DNA of 64,000 nt from Candidatus Coprovivens sp. GTDB lineage: Bacteria; Bacillota_I; Bacilli_A; RF39; UBA660. The notes beneath the pieces were generated by a model, which searched no databases, was not told the origin of the DNA, and saw nothing but the letters and a program-made list of their open reading frames with translations. The DNA is taken from contig JBJFGS010000024.1 of assembly GCA_051892935.1 (NCBI GenBank), positions 87,181-151,180 of the forward strand, given 5' to 3'. The position numbers and the translations under genes are program-made. Positions 52,410-61,907 of this stretch are shown one piece after another; the stretch's first letter is position 1; every line of letters begins with the position of its first letter.

Positions 52410-53033
52410 TTATAAAATTGAAATATTTAGATGTTTTTTTATTATTTCATTGTACTCAGCGAATACTTCTAAATATCCATTTTCTTTATTTTTTGCACTA
52501 AATAGCTTAACATTTGATAAGTATTTTTTTATTCTTTCGCTATCAAGTAGTTGTTTTGTATTCTTTAAACTTTCTTTTGAAATTGTAAAAGTTGCTGTTT
52601 TATTTTTTTCATTCTCTATTTGAACTACTATATAAGTTAAATAGTAGTATAGATAAATGCGATTTTTTGACATAGTTTCTAAAGTAAATTCGAAGATTTT
52701 ATCTATATTTAAGTCAGGGAACTTTTTATATAGTGAATAAAAACATTGAAGCATTTCTTGTGTGTTAGTAAAATATTCATCTTTATTTAGAGTTTTATCT
52801 AAAAATTTAGGACTTCCTTGTAATAGTTTTAAAAAGTCCTTGTAATTAGATAAACTTCTTAATATTGTTTCCTCATGATATGAAATTTTGTCGCTGATAT
52901 AATACCTTTTCAAGTCTTTATCTGTAAGAAATAGGTTTGATATATTAAGAAATTCTTCTTCATATTGTTTAATCTCTGTTTTAATTTCTTCTGTTTGTTT
53001 TAATAAATCTTCTTTTTTTAGTGATATGTTCAA
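52410..53033 (-). CDS. Hypothetical T7SS-associated protein (immunity or chaperone candidate)
   Basis: TTG start with RBS aaaggag; QIENE...ATFTI motif shared with its neighbour. Confidence 0.6.
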   Translation of the reverse strand: MNISLKKEDLLKQTEEIKTEIKQYEEEFLNISNLFLTDKDLKRYYISDKISYHEETILRSLSNYKDFLKLLQGSPKFLDKTLNKDEYFTNTQEMLQCFYSLYKKFPDLNIDKIFEFTLETMSKNRIYLYYYLTYIVVQIENEKNKTATFTISKESLKNTKQLLDSERIKKYLSNVKLFSAKNKENGYLEVFAEYNEIIKKHLNISIL

Positions 53034-53057
53034 CTTAAATCGCTCCTTTAATTAAGT

Positions 53058-53618
53058 TCAAAAATGATGACCAAATGACCCTAATTCTCTATCTTTTTCT
53101 TGAATCCATTGTTCAAAGTTTGGTAATGATTGTTCAATACTCTCTCTGTTTAGTTCAATTTGTTTTTTTAGTTCTATTAATATTCTCTTAGGATTTACTC
53201 TATATGGAGAATATCCAATTATTTCATTTTTTAATTGTACTTCTAAAATACTGACAACAGTATCTATTAATGTATACTCTTTTACGTGTTCACAAAGTTT
53301 TATTAAAGCATTTTCAAAAATTATTGGAATATCTTTGTCATTTTCTTCACTATAACAATCGTATAAACCATTTAACATTTTATGTATGTCTGCATTTCCA
53401 TTAACGTCTACAATTCCTGATGTTCCAAGTAGTCCTTGCATTAAAAAACCGCCTGTTAAACCTGTTCTTTTTTCTCCTTGAACAAATCTGTTCATAATTC
53501 TTGTTACGGGATCTTTCTTAAGCTCTTTTTTTATTCCTAAAGGATCTGCATTTCTTATTCTTTCAGATTCTTCTTCCTGTCTTTTTCTTTTTTCTTCTAA
53601 TTCTAATAAATTTACCAT
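53058..53618 (-). CDS. Hypothetical T7SS-associated protein (immunity or chaperone candidate)
   Basis: RBS ggagga; QLKNE...SPYRV motif. Confidence 0.6.
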   Translation of the reverse strand: MVNLLELEEKRKRQEEESERIRNADPLGIKKELKKDPVTRIMNRFVQGEKRTGLTGGFLMQGLLGTSGIVDVNGNADIHKMLNGLYDCYSEENDKDIPIIFENALIKLCEHVKEYTLIDTVVSILEVQLKNEIIGYSPYRVNPKRILIELKKQIELNRESIEQSLPNFEQWIQEKDRELGSFGHHF

Positions 53619-53632
53619 AATTTACATCCTCC

Positions 53633-54010
53633 CTAAAATGTATTAATTTTTTCTTTATTATTGTTTTTTAATATTTCTTCTAATTCACAGTTTGTTTCTG
53701 ATGCAAAAGTTATATGTTTGCAATCTTCATTAAATGATATTGCAAATTTCAAGTCATTTTGAGTTATATCAAAATTGAATCTTAATTCTGCACCTTTCAT
53801 TATTTCACTAAGTTTATTTTTAAAGCCTTCTGGAGAATATTTCCCTTCAACACTTTTCATTGTTCTGTCAGTATTTTCTTCAACATATACTGAGACTATA
53901 TTGAAATCATTTTTATATAGTAAGTCAATCATAGCGTGAAGACTTAATTCGCTTTGTTCATATACTTTTACAAAAATACCAGTATGTTCTTTTTCAAAAA
54001 TTTTATTCAT
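53633..54010 (-). CDS. Hypothetical T7SS-associated protein (immunity candidate)
   Basis: 125-aa alpha/beta-like ORF co-oriented in the effector operon. Confidence 0.6.
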   Translation of the reverse strand: MNKIFEKEHTGIFVKVYEQSELSLHAMIDLLYKNDFNIVSVYVEENTDRTMKSVEGKYSPEGFKNKLSEIMKGAELRFNFDITQNDLKFAISFNEDCKHITFASETNCELEEILKNNNKEKINTF

Positions 54011-54025
54011 ATCTATTTTCCTTTT

Positions 54026-54718
54026 CTATAAACTTAAATTAGTCTTTTTTTTTATGCTATTTTCATCGTATTCTATTAATCTACAATCTATATCAAGATT
54101 ATTATTCCATTCTTTCAGTAAGCGGCTTTTCATTCCTTCTATTATTTCTCGTCTCTTACAATAATCTTTAAACCATTCATCACTATTAGGATATTTTGAT
54201 TCATTTTCTATTCCAAATCTTAATCCAATTATTAAGCTGTCGATTGGAGCAAAATATATTGAACTTAATGGTCCATAATTTGTTTCGTATATTTCTTTTT
54301 GATTTGGAATAGTTAATACTTTTTTATATGTTGTTTCTATAATTTGATTTATAGTTTTGATATCTTGTTTTTCATGCGCTGATAAAAGATTATTTATTTC
54401 TTCTAATGTTAATTGTTCTATATAAAGTGTATTTCTAACATAGAAGAAATTATTAGATGATAATTTTTGATAAATATCTTTTTCTTCTTCTGATACCAGA
54501 GGATGGTTTCTATTCATATTTAATAAATATTGTTCAAATTCTTCTAAATGTAGGACTCTACTTAAATAATTATTTAAGTAGTAATAATATAAAGACTGAA
54601 TTTGTAAATATTTTTCATTTATTGTACTTTCATCAGCTAAACCTTTTTGTTTTGCTTCTTCGTAGTCTATTATATTTGGAAAGAATTCTTCGGTTTCATC
54701 TACTTTAATTGTTTTCAT
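54026..54718 (-). CDS. Hypothetical T7SS-associated protein
   Basis: RBS aaggtgat before MKTIKV; first gene of the effector operon. Confidence 0.6.
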   Translation of the reverse strand: MKTIKVDETEEFFPNIIDYEEAKQKGLADESTINEKYLQIQSLYYYYLNNYLSRVLHLEEFEQYLLNMNRNHPLVSEEEKDIYQKLSSNNFFYVRNTLYIEQLTLEEINNLLSAHEKQDIKTINQIIETTYKKVLTIPNQKEIYETNYGPLSSIYFAPIDSLIIGLRFGIENESKYPNSDEWFKDYCKRREIIEGMKSRLLKEWNNNLDIDCRLIEYDENSIKKKTNLSL

Positions 54719-54794
54719 TTTATCACCTTTTATCATCAATATTTAACTCAAAATATCTTTACTTTCTTTTATTATTTTACCATAGTTTTTACTT

Positions 54795-54826
54795 AAAAAA
54801 AATATCCAATTAAGTGGATATTTTTT
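54795..54826 (-). terminator. Intrinsic terminator after the second WXG-like gene
   Basis: aaaaatatcca-attaag-tggatattttt hairpin. Confidence 0.7.
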
Positions 54827-55625
54827 ATTCATCAAATATATTTTTTACTTTTCCAGTAATTACATTTTCATATTTGTATTTAATTTCATCTATTTTTTTT
54901 GATAAACATACTTTATTGTTTGCAGAAATTTCCATATATTCGAATATTTTTTTTATTGATTTATTAATATAAAATGTATATCCTTCTATAATACTACGAA
55001 GATTATAGTCATCTATCGAATATGCTAAATTGTTATACTTTTGTTGATAAGACGATATATTTTCTTCAATTTGTTTTTTTATTAAACTAATATTTTCTTT
55101 GGCAGTCACAATATTGTCAGAATTTATTCCTATGTCACCTTCGTCTGCATGATTAACAGCTCTAATATTATCTAAATTCAATTTTATTTTTGTACTTTCA
55201 GAACTCATGTAACTGTATTCTCTACGGTCTGCTCCTGATGTGTATTTGTAATTCATATTGGTATTTTCAGTTAGTTTGGTGTCGTACGATGGAGAAAAGT
55301 GAACTTTGTACATAGAATTAGCGATTTCTGCTTCTTCTGGGTCTTCACTTTTTCGGGCTTTTTCTAACCACTTATCATATCCATACATCATTCTAGATAT
55401 TTGATCATTTATATCTACTGCCATTTCGTGTGACATTGCTTTAATATCTTCGTCAAAGTATTTCATATAAAGTACCGCTTCTCCTGCAAACCAACCTTCA
55501 GATATATAATATATTACTTCTTCTTGAAGCTTTTTTTCTAAGTCTTTTGCTAGTTGGATTACATCAGTTTTCATTGAGGATACAATATTTTTAACTTTGT
55601 TTATACTTGTTTCGTTAAATGCCAT
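54825..55625 (-). CDS. Double-length WXG100-like protein, paralog B
   Basis: Helix-EGWFAG-helix N-terminal ~95 aa; paralogous to 55720-56619. Confidence 0.6.
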   Translation of the reverse strand: MAFNETSINKVKNIVSSMKTDVIQLAKDLEKKLQEEVIYYISEGWFAGEAVLYMKYFDEDIKAMSHEMAVDINDQISRMMYGYDKWLEKARKSEDPEEAEIANSMYKVHFSPSYDTKLTENTNMNYKYTSGADRREYSYMSSESTKIKLNLDNIRAVNHADEGDIGINSDNIVTAKENISLIKKQIEENISSYQQKYNNLAYSIDDYNLRSIIEGYTFYINKSIKKIFEYMEISANNKVCLSKKIDEIKYKYENVITGKVKNIFDE

Positions 55626-55649
55626 TTTTACACCTCCTTTGTATCGAGA

Positions 55650-55674
55650 AAAAGCATTCTTAGTGAATGCTTTT
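55650..55674 (-). terminator. Intrinsic terminator after the first WXG-like gene
   Basis: aaaagcattc-ttagt-gaatgctttt hairpin. Confidence 0.7.
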
Positions 55675-55719
55675 AGATTTCCTTTTTATTGCTAATTTAA
55701 TATTAGTTTTTTATACTTA

Positions 55720-56619
55720 TTAAGAAGTTGGAGTTGATGGGTTACTTTCAGCTGCATTATTAAGTTCTTGACTAATATTTGTAACAATTGTTTTACCATA
55801 TTTTTCAACAACAGCATTAATACTGCTTTCTAATGAACCTGATCCGTCAGATCCAGCCATAAAGTCAAACATAGCAGTTACTTGAGCCATAACAGCTTCA
55901 TAGAAAGTACTAACAGCTTGTGATTGTGTGCCACCTTGGCTATCTAACAATGCTGCTGATGCATCTAGAGAAGTTTGCATTGTAGAAATTGCAGTTGCGA
56001 TTGTTTCTTTTAATCCGCTTAATCCACTAGCAACATTTCTAACGTTTTCTTCATTGATACCTACTGAATTTCCTTCACCTACAGCTAATACGCCGTCAAC
56101 ACTTAATGTTACTGCTGTGTCTTCTGAACTGAAGAAATTATAAGTATATTCTCCAGATCCACCAGTTCCACCTTCGGTTTTATAATACATATTATCATTT
56201 GCTGCTTGAGATCCATCTCCAGTTACAGGTACAGGTTCGAAACCACCTGCTCCGTTAATTCCTTCTTGTGAAGTTTCTGGCTCTGTAGTTTGGATTGGTT
56301 CTGCAGTTCCTCCTAGTTGAGAAGTTCCATCAGCACTTCCAGATGTTGATGCTACCCAATAGTCATATGCTCCTGCTATATTATAAATAACTGTGTTTAA
56401 GCTTACTGCGATTTGACTTGTACATGCGTATACAGTTGAACCTAATGAATTCATAAAATATACACCTTCTGCTGAATACCAATTATCTTTTAATGCATCG
56501 ATAATTGAAGTTTGGAATGTTTCGCTAATTACTTCTTTAACATTAGCATAATCTGTTCCAATTTGATTAATAAGTTTAATTACTTCTGAACAATTTGTTC
56601 CTGCTGTAATATTTGACAT
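55720..56619 (-). CDS. Double-length WXG100-like protein, paralog A
   Basis: Helix-DNWYS-helix N-terminal ~95 aa, G/S/T-rich linker, second helical hairpin; directly downstream of the esaB-like gene. Confidence 0.6.
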   Translation of the reverse strand: MSNITAGTNCSEVIKLINQIGTDYANVKEVISETFQTSIIDALKDNWYSAEGVYFMNSLGSTVYACTSQIAVSLNTVIYNIAGAYDYWVASTSGSADGTSQLGGTAEPIQTTEPETSQEGINGAGGFEPVPVTGDGSQAANDNMYYKTEGGTGGSGEYTYNFFSSEDTAVTLSVDGVLAVGEGNSVGINEENVRNVASGLSGLKETIATAISTMQTSLDASAALLDSQGGTQSQAVSTFYEAVMAQVTAMFDFMAGSDGSGSLESSINAVVEKYGKTIVTNISQELNNAAESNPSTPTS

Positions 56620-56717
56620 TTTTTATTTCCTTCTTTCCGTTTGAATAAATATGGCCATCTATTCTTAACTTGATTGTATAATACTACCTTTTTATATTCA
56701 AGCTCTTTAACTTTTTT

Positions 56718-56987
56718 TTACAATTTTTTTACGTTTATTAAAAATAATTCACTTGCGTTTTTTATATCTGTATTAATTACTACTTCATTTCCTTGATAAA
56801 TTCTTCCGTTATCTTTATTTATTAAGCAAAAATCATCTTGGATATCGAATATGTTCCCATTTAAATCACTTATTGATTTTACTATTAATACTTTAACTCT
56901 CCAAATAAGTTCATTAACTGGGATAAATATATCGTAATATGTTCCAATTTCTGGAACAATTATTCTGACTAATATTTTATTCTTCAT
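56718..56987 (-). CDS. EsaB/YukD-like ubiquitin-fold T7SS component
   Basis: About 90 aa; YDIFIP, IKNASELFLI pattern; overlaps the essC stop codon. Confidence 0.7.
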   Translation of the reverse strand: MKNKILVRIIVPEIGTYYDIFIPVNELIWRVKVLIVKSISDLNGNIFDIQDDFCLINKDNGRIYQGNEVVINTDIKNASELFLINVKKL

Positions 56988-59900
56988 CGTCACTATCCTC
57001 TTCTGTTCCGTCTATTGCCTCTGTTGAAAAATTAATTAATTTGATAAATCTTGGGATTTGATCAACAATATTATAACCATGTTTATTATTTATTATTCTA
57101 GATAATTCATTACTTCTTTCGGCTAATCTTATAGATGTTTGCTCTGCTAGTCCACGACCTATCCATAATCCTTCGTAAGTGTTTTTTATGTTTGTATACC
57201 ACATATCAGTATCTACAGTTTTTATTCCTCTTATTCCGTCTATTACTAATAATTTTACACTATTAGATTTTTTTATTTCTTTAGTTAAGCTATCTAATAT
57301 TAATGTTTTAGATACAGAATCTTTGATGGCTTGAATTCCGTAGAATATTAATAATATAGTTCCACTTGGATTTTCTTCCTCGTTTCGTTTTTTGATAAAA
57401 TCTGTTATATTTTGAATCGTTTTATCCACATCATTATCAAAATAATTGTTTACTTTAGTTTTTATTTCAGGGTATAAAGATTTTATATCAACAAATATAG
57501 TGGAAGTTCCTTTTATATTTCTTACTATGTCTATAAAATAACTTGTGAAATCTCTTAATTCTTCTATTTTGTATCCACCAATAATAAATGATTGATGATT
57601 ATTCAAGTTAATTGTTGCTATATCTAATGTATCTCTGTAAACTCCAACAGGTATAGATGAAAGGTCTTTGATAGATGATTTTATATAATCGAAAGTAACT
57701 TGCTTTGGTAATTTTTTTATTTCTTTCGCAAAAACTGTTGCTTTTTCTTTTAGCTCTTTCGCTTTATTTCTAATAAACACCATTAATTCTCCGCTATCTT
57801 CTATTATTGTGGCTGTTTGGAATTCATGAACTGAACCATTATTTATTAATCCACGACCAAAATCTTCTTTTGGTATAAGTTTTGATTTTCCAACTACTGC
57901 GGCTCTATATGATGTGTCATCCTTCATATGTAAACATAGCGATTCTTTATAATATTGACCTGATCTTCTACCAATATTTGTTGTAGCAGCTAAAGATAAC
58001 CAAATATATATACCATATCTTGAACACTCTCTTATAATTGGAAGCATTGTATCATTAAAGTTCTTATATATTTCTAATATAGAATCATAGTTGTTGAATA
58101 ATAAAACTATTGCTGGTAACTTTTCAGGTGCATTTTTTAAATATGATTTATAGTCACCACCATAATTCATAAATTCTTTCTTTCTGAACTTTAATTCGTT
58201 TTTAATTAGTTTTAATGTATTTTTAAATTTTTCTTCTTCATCTACAAAAGTTACTTCTCCAACTTGTGGGAAATCACTAAATACTCCCAGTGATGCTGAA
58301 CCATAATCTATTATATAAAAATTTATTTCTGATGCATCGTGATTTGTAAATATTGAATATAAAATCGTTTTTAAGAAGAATTCTCTTTCTGATTCGTTTA
58401 TTCCATATATTAAAGTATTTTCATTTTCTACAACATTTAACTCTAATAATCCTTGTTGTTGACTTTCTGGAGCATCATATTCTCCTATAATGGCTTTAAC
58501 GTTATATTTACTGTGTGTAATTTTATATTTTTTTATTAAGTTTTCTAATAAAATTACTGGTGGCAAACTTGGTAACCATAGTCTTTTGGCTTTTTTGTTT
58601 GTCATGTCTGCTACTTCAATTATATTTTTTAATATTGCTGCTAGCTGTTCGCCATTTTCATTATTTTTAGATGATGAATTTCCTGCTTTAATGCTTTTTA
58701 CTATTGTTCCTGTTTCGTTAATTATATTAATGCTTTTATCTGAATCTTTAACTACTGTATCTGATGGAACATATTTTGCTCCTGCCCATCCAGATTGTGC
58801 TTGAACAAATATTTCGTCATTTCCTACTTGTAAATAGAATCGACCTGCTTCTTTAATAAATGCTGCTTCTGGTCTTTTTAGCATTTCTCTACTATCTCCA
58901 GCGTTTTGCACTTTTAAACATACTCTAAACTTTGTGTTTGTCCATATTTGTTCACTAACTTGTCCTGAAGGTTTTTGTGTGGCTAGTATTAAGTGTACAC
59001 CTAGTGAACGACCTATTCTGGCTATACTGATTAAGTCATTCATAAATTCTGGTTGTTGAGCTTTTAATTCTGCAAATTCATCACAAATTATAAACAAGTG
59101 TGGACATGGTTCATCTAATTCGCCATTGTGAAAATGTTGTTGATATTTGTAAATATCAATCGTTGATTCACCTGTTTTTTCTCTAGCTATATTAAATAGT
59201 TTTTGTCTTCTTTTTACTTCACTATCTATACTTACTAAAGTTCTATCCATTTCTGATTTATCTAAGTTTGTTATAGTACCTGTTAGGTGTGGTAGTATCA
59301 TGTTAGCAGATTCATTTTCAAATGCGTATGCTAGTCCACCACCTTTGTAGTCAATTAAAATAAATGCTATATCATCTGGACTATAATTTATAGCCATTGA
59401 TAGAATATAAGTAATAATAAATTCTGATTTACCTGAACCTGTTGTTCCTGCAATTAATCCGTGAGGTCCGTGGTATTTTTCATGAAGATCGAGAGAGATT
59501 AATTCTCCTCCACTTCCAATACCGATATTTGCTTTTAATGATTGTGTTGAATTATTATTTTTCCATCTTTCTAAAATATTTAATTGTTCTACTTTACCAA
59601 CTTTTTCCATTTCTAAGAATGTTAATGTTTGAGGAATTCCTGCTTCACTACTTTTAATTTCTACTGGAATATTTGATAAGTATTTCGCTACACTCATCAT
59701 ATTTACTCCGTATTCTACTTCATCATAGAATATTTGAGTTTCTTGTTTATTGTACGAATTTGTCATTATATTTGAGGTGTTATCACCTAACAAAATAAAG
59801 TTATTACATTTACTAGGTAATTTAGGTAATCGATTTTCTATAATTATCATACTTATACCTAGATTTTCTTCTATTTCTGTTAATACTTTATCAAATTGAA

Positions 59901-61575
59901 AACTATTAATTAGGTCCATACCATCTACTATTATTAAGTAATATGGTATTTTTTTTGAACTTTGTGGTTCGCCTTCTTCTGACTTTGTATATCTGTTTCT
60001 TATAATAGTTATTATTCTGTCTGCAAGTGTTCTCGCACTATATTCATCGCTAGAAAAGAACCTCATGGTTTTATCGTTTGAAAATGTGTGATTTAAATAT
60101 TTTAAATATTCAAAATCTTTTTCTCCTTCTTTGTCAGTAAATATCATAAATTTTAAGTCGTCATAACTATAAAAAATCATAAATTGCAATAAGATATTAT
60201 TAACAAATGCGTGAGTTTTGGATTTATTTCCCATTATAGCTGTTGTTTTATTTTCACTAAACGAATAACCTATAGGTACTTTTGTTAATATTTTATGTTC
60301 TTCGACCATTTCTTCTGCCATTGTTCTTAGATATGTTTTATCAATATTGTAAGGTTGATCTGAAAAATGAATATTTGCTTGTAGTTTTTCGTCTCCTACC
60401 CCTATTCTGGCAACAAGCAAGTCATTTTGATCTATTCTTTTGTCCCAGAAGTTTAAGCCTCGACGGTTCATTATTTTTAAACATTCTGTAATTCCAAATA
60501 GATTTTCTGTTAATATGTCTCTTTGTACTAAGCACTCGTCGTCAAGTTTCTTAGTTACTTCTTTCATATATGTAATATATTTATTTTCATCTTTTATTTT
60601 TTGATGTTTTCTCATTCTTTTTTGATATGCTCTAGTTAATGATGGCCATAATACTGCTGATGCAAGCATTAAGGTAGATGTAAGTAAACTCACCCAACTT
60701 TTCTTAAGAGTAGTTGTTCCTTCTACTATTTTTGATAGAACATTGGAAAACCTAACAATCGCCATAGTCACCATAGTTGCCATAGGTGCTAAAGTTAGTA
60801 AGGCTGGTAATTCCTCTTTTTCTTGATCCATTGGAGGATTTTCAATATTGAAATCTTTTTCTTCTATTTGTCGTCTAATTCTTGGTGATTTTGAATAGTA
60901 ATCATTAAGACTATACATATCTATATCTTGAATTTCTTCGTAGCTTTTTTCATCTATGTCAATTGGAAGTTGGCACTTTTTTAGTCCGCTTAATTCTTCA
61001 TTGATAATTAAAGTACCATTTGGATTATTAATTAGTAAAAAATTTTTTAAGACATATATATTTAATCCATAAATTTCTACAACATCTCCATATTGAACCA
61101 TTTGAGGATTAGAACTCTTTATTAAGTTATTTAAATATATTTTTTCATCACCATTCGTTTCAATATTAATTTGAAAATTTTCTGTTGCATAAAATTTAAA
61201 TTTTACATTAGGTACAAAGAACTCATAATTAAAATTATTATGTTCTTCTAGATTGCTAAGAAGAAAAGTTCCATTATAAGCATAAGTAGAGTATGTTTTG
61301 TCATATAATTCTGTTATTAAAATTAAATAAATATTTTTATCTCGTTGTATAGTATAAAAACAATTTGCTTCTACTTCTATGCTACGTTCTACTATTCCAC
61401 CAGATACTATTTTTGAAAAGTCTGTAGAATAAAGAACCCATTTACCTTTTCTGGCTTCTATGTTTATTAATTTTTTTTCTGAATTTTCGTCTACATCAAA
61501 ACTAAAACTACCAGATACTTGATTTGGTAATTTGAAATTGTACATAGTTTCATTATAGTATAGTGTTATTTTCAT
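56977..61575 (-). CDS. essC: Type VII secretion ATPase EssC (FHA-like N-terminus, 2 TM, FtsK/SpoIIIE domains)
   Basis: SPRI, two TM segments, HGPHGLIAGTTGSGKSE, IDYKGGG, DEFAELK, RIGRSLGVHLILATQKP. Confidence 0.95.
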   Translation of the reverse strand: MKITLYYNETMYNFKLPNQVSGSFSFDVDENSEKKLINIEARKGKWVLYSTDFSKIVSGGIVERSIEVEANCFYTIQRDKNIYLILITELYDKTYSTYAYNGTFLLSNLEEHNNFNYEFFVPNVKFKFYATENFQINIETNGDEKIYLNNLIKSSNPQMVQYGDVVEIYGLNIYVLKNFLLINNPNGTLIINEELSGLKKCQLPIDIDEKSYEEIQDIDMYSLNDYYSKSPRIRRQIEEKDFNIENPPMDQEKEELPALLTLAPMATMVTMAIVRFSNVLSKIVEGTTTLKKSWVSLLTSTLMLASAVLWPSLTRAYQKRMRKHQKIKDENKYITYMKEVTKKLDDECLVQRDILTENLFGITECLKIMNRRGLNFWDKRIDQNDLLVARIGVGDEKLQANIHFSDQPYNIDKTYLRTMAEEMVEEHKILTKVPIGYSFSENKTTAIMGNKSKTHAFVNNILLQFMIFYSYDDLKFMIFTDKEGEKDFEYLKYLNHTFSNDKTMRFFSSDEYSARTLADRIITIIRNRYTKSEEGEPQSSKKIPYYLIIVDGMDLINSFQFDKVLTEIEENLGISMIIIENRLPKLPSKCNNFILLGDNTSNIMTNSYNKQETQIFYDEVEYGVNMMSVAKYLSNIPVEIKSSEAGIPQTLTFLEMEKVGKVEQLNILERWKNNNSTQSLKANIGIGSGGELISLDLHEKYHGPHGLIAGTTGSGKSEFIITYILSMAINYSPDDIAFILIDYKGGGLAYAFENESANMILPHLTGTITNLDKSEMDRTLVSIDSEVKRRQKLFNIAREKTGESTIDIYKYQQHFHNGELDEPCPHLFIICDEFAELKAQQPEFMNDLISIARIGRSLGVHLILATQKPSGQVSEQIWTNTKFRVCLKVQNAGDSREMLKRPEAAFIKEAGRFYLQVGNDEIFVQAQSGWAGAKYVPSDTVVKDSDKSINIINETGTIVKSIKAGNSSSKNNENGEQLAAILKNIIEVADMTNKKAKRLWLPSLPPVILLENLIKKYKITHSKYNVKAIIGEYDAPESQQQGLLELNVVENENTLIYGINESEREFFLKTILYSIFTNHDASEINFYIIDYGSASLGVFSDFPQVGEVTFVDEEEKFKNTLKLIKNELKFRKKEFMNYGGDYKSYLKNAPEKLPAIVLLFNNYDSILEIYKNFNDTMLPIIRECSRYGIYIWLSLAATTNIGRRSGQYYKESLCLHMKDDTSYRAAVVGKSKLIPKEDFGRGLINNGSVHEFQTATIIEDSGELMVFIRNKAKELKEKATVFAKEIKKLPKQVTFDYIKSSIKDLSSIPVGVYRDTLDIATINLNNHQSFIIGGYKIEELRDFTSYFIDIVRNIKGTSTIFVDIKSLYPEIKTKVNNYFDNDVDKTIQNITDFIKKRNEEENPSGTILLIFYGIQAIKDSVSKTLILDSLTKEIKKSNSVKLLVIDGIRGIKTVDTDMWYTNIKNTYEGLWIGRGLAEQTSIRLAERSNELSRIINNKHGYNIVDQIPRFIKLINFSTEAIDGTEEDSDDEE

Positions 61576-61576
61576 G

Positions 61577-61671
61577 TGTAGACACCTCTATTCTATATAA
61601 TAATATCATATTTAAAGTGGTTATTCTATATTTTGAACATAAAAAAATACTCATTTTTTGAGTATTATTTT
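61577..61671. repeat. Direct repeat copy 2 (rpsR terminator, essC promoter and RBS)
   Basis: tgtagacacctctattctata...tatttaaagtggttattctatattttga...aatactcatt..tgagtattattt matches 45049-45143. Confidence 0.95.
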
Positions 61672-61674
61672 AAA

Positions 61675-61890
61675 TTACTTAACATTTGGAAGTAATGCCA
61701 TATATCTAGCCCATTTAATTTGTTGAGCTATATGTCTTTGGTGTTTAGCACATGCGCCAGTCATTCTACGTGGCATGATTTTTCCTTTTTCATTAATATA
61801 TTTAGAAACAATCATAACATCTTTGTAGTCAACACTTTTACCAGCACACATTTGGCATATTTTCTTCTTTTTACGATAAAATTCAGCCAT
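61675..61890 (-). CDS. rpsR: 30S ribosomal protein S18 (Zn-binding form)
   Basis: CQMC, VDYKD, GKIMPRRMTG.C..HQR. Confidence 0.98.
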   Translation of the reverse strand: MAEFYRKKKKICQMCAGKSVDYKDVMIVSKYINEKGKIMPRRMTGACAKHQRHIAQQIKWARYMALLPNVK

Positions 61891-61907
61891 GATTTAAATC
61901 CTCCTTT

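Noticed and set aside
45049-61671. Direct repeats interpreted as attL/attR of a prophage or ICE, with the FtsK protein as a conjugative coupling protein
   Set aside because: No integrase, relaxase or phage genes are present; the repeat is a regulatory unit and the ATPase has EssC architecture
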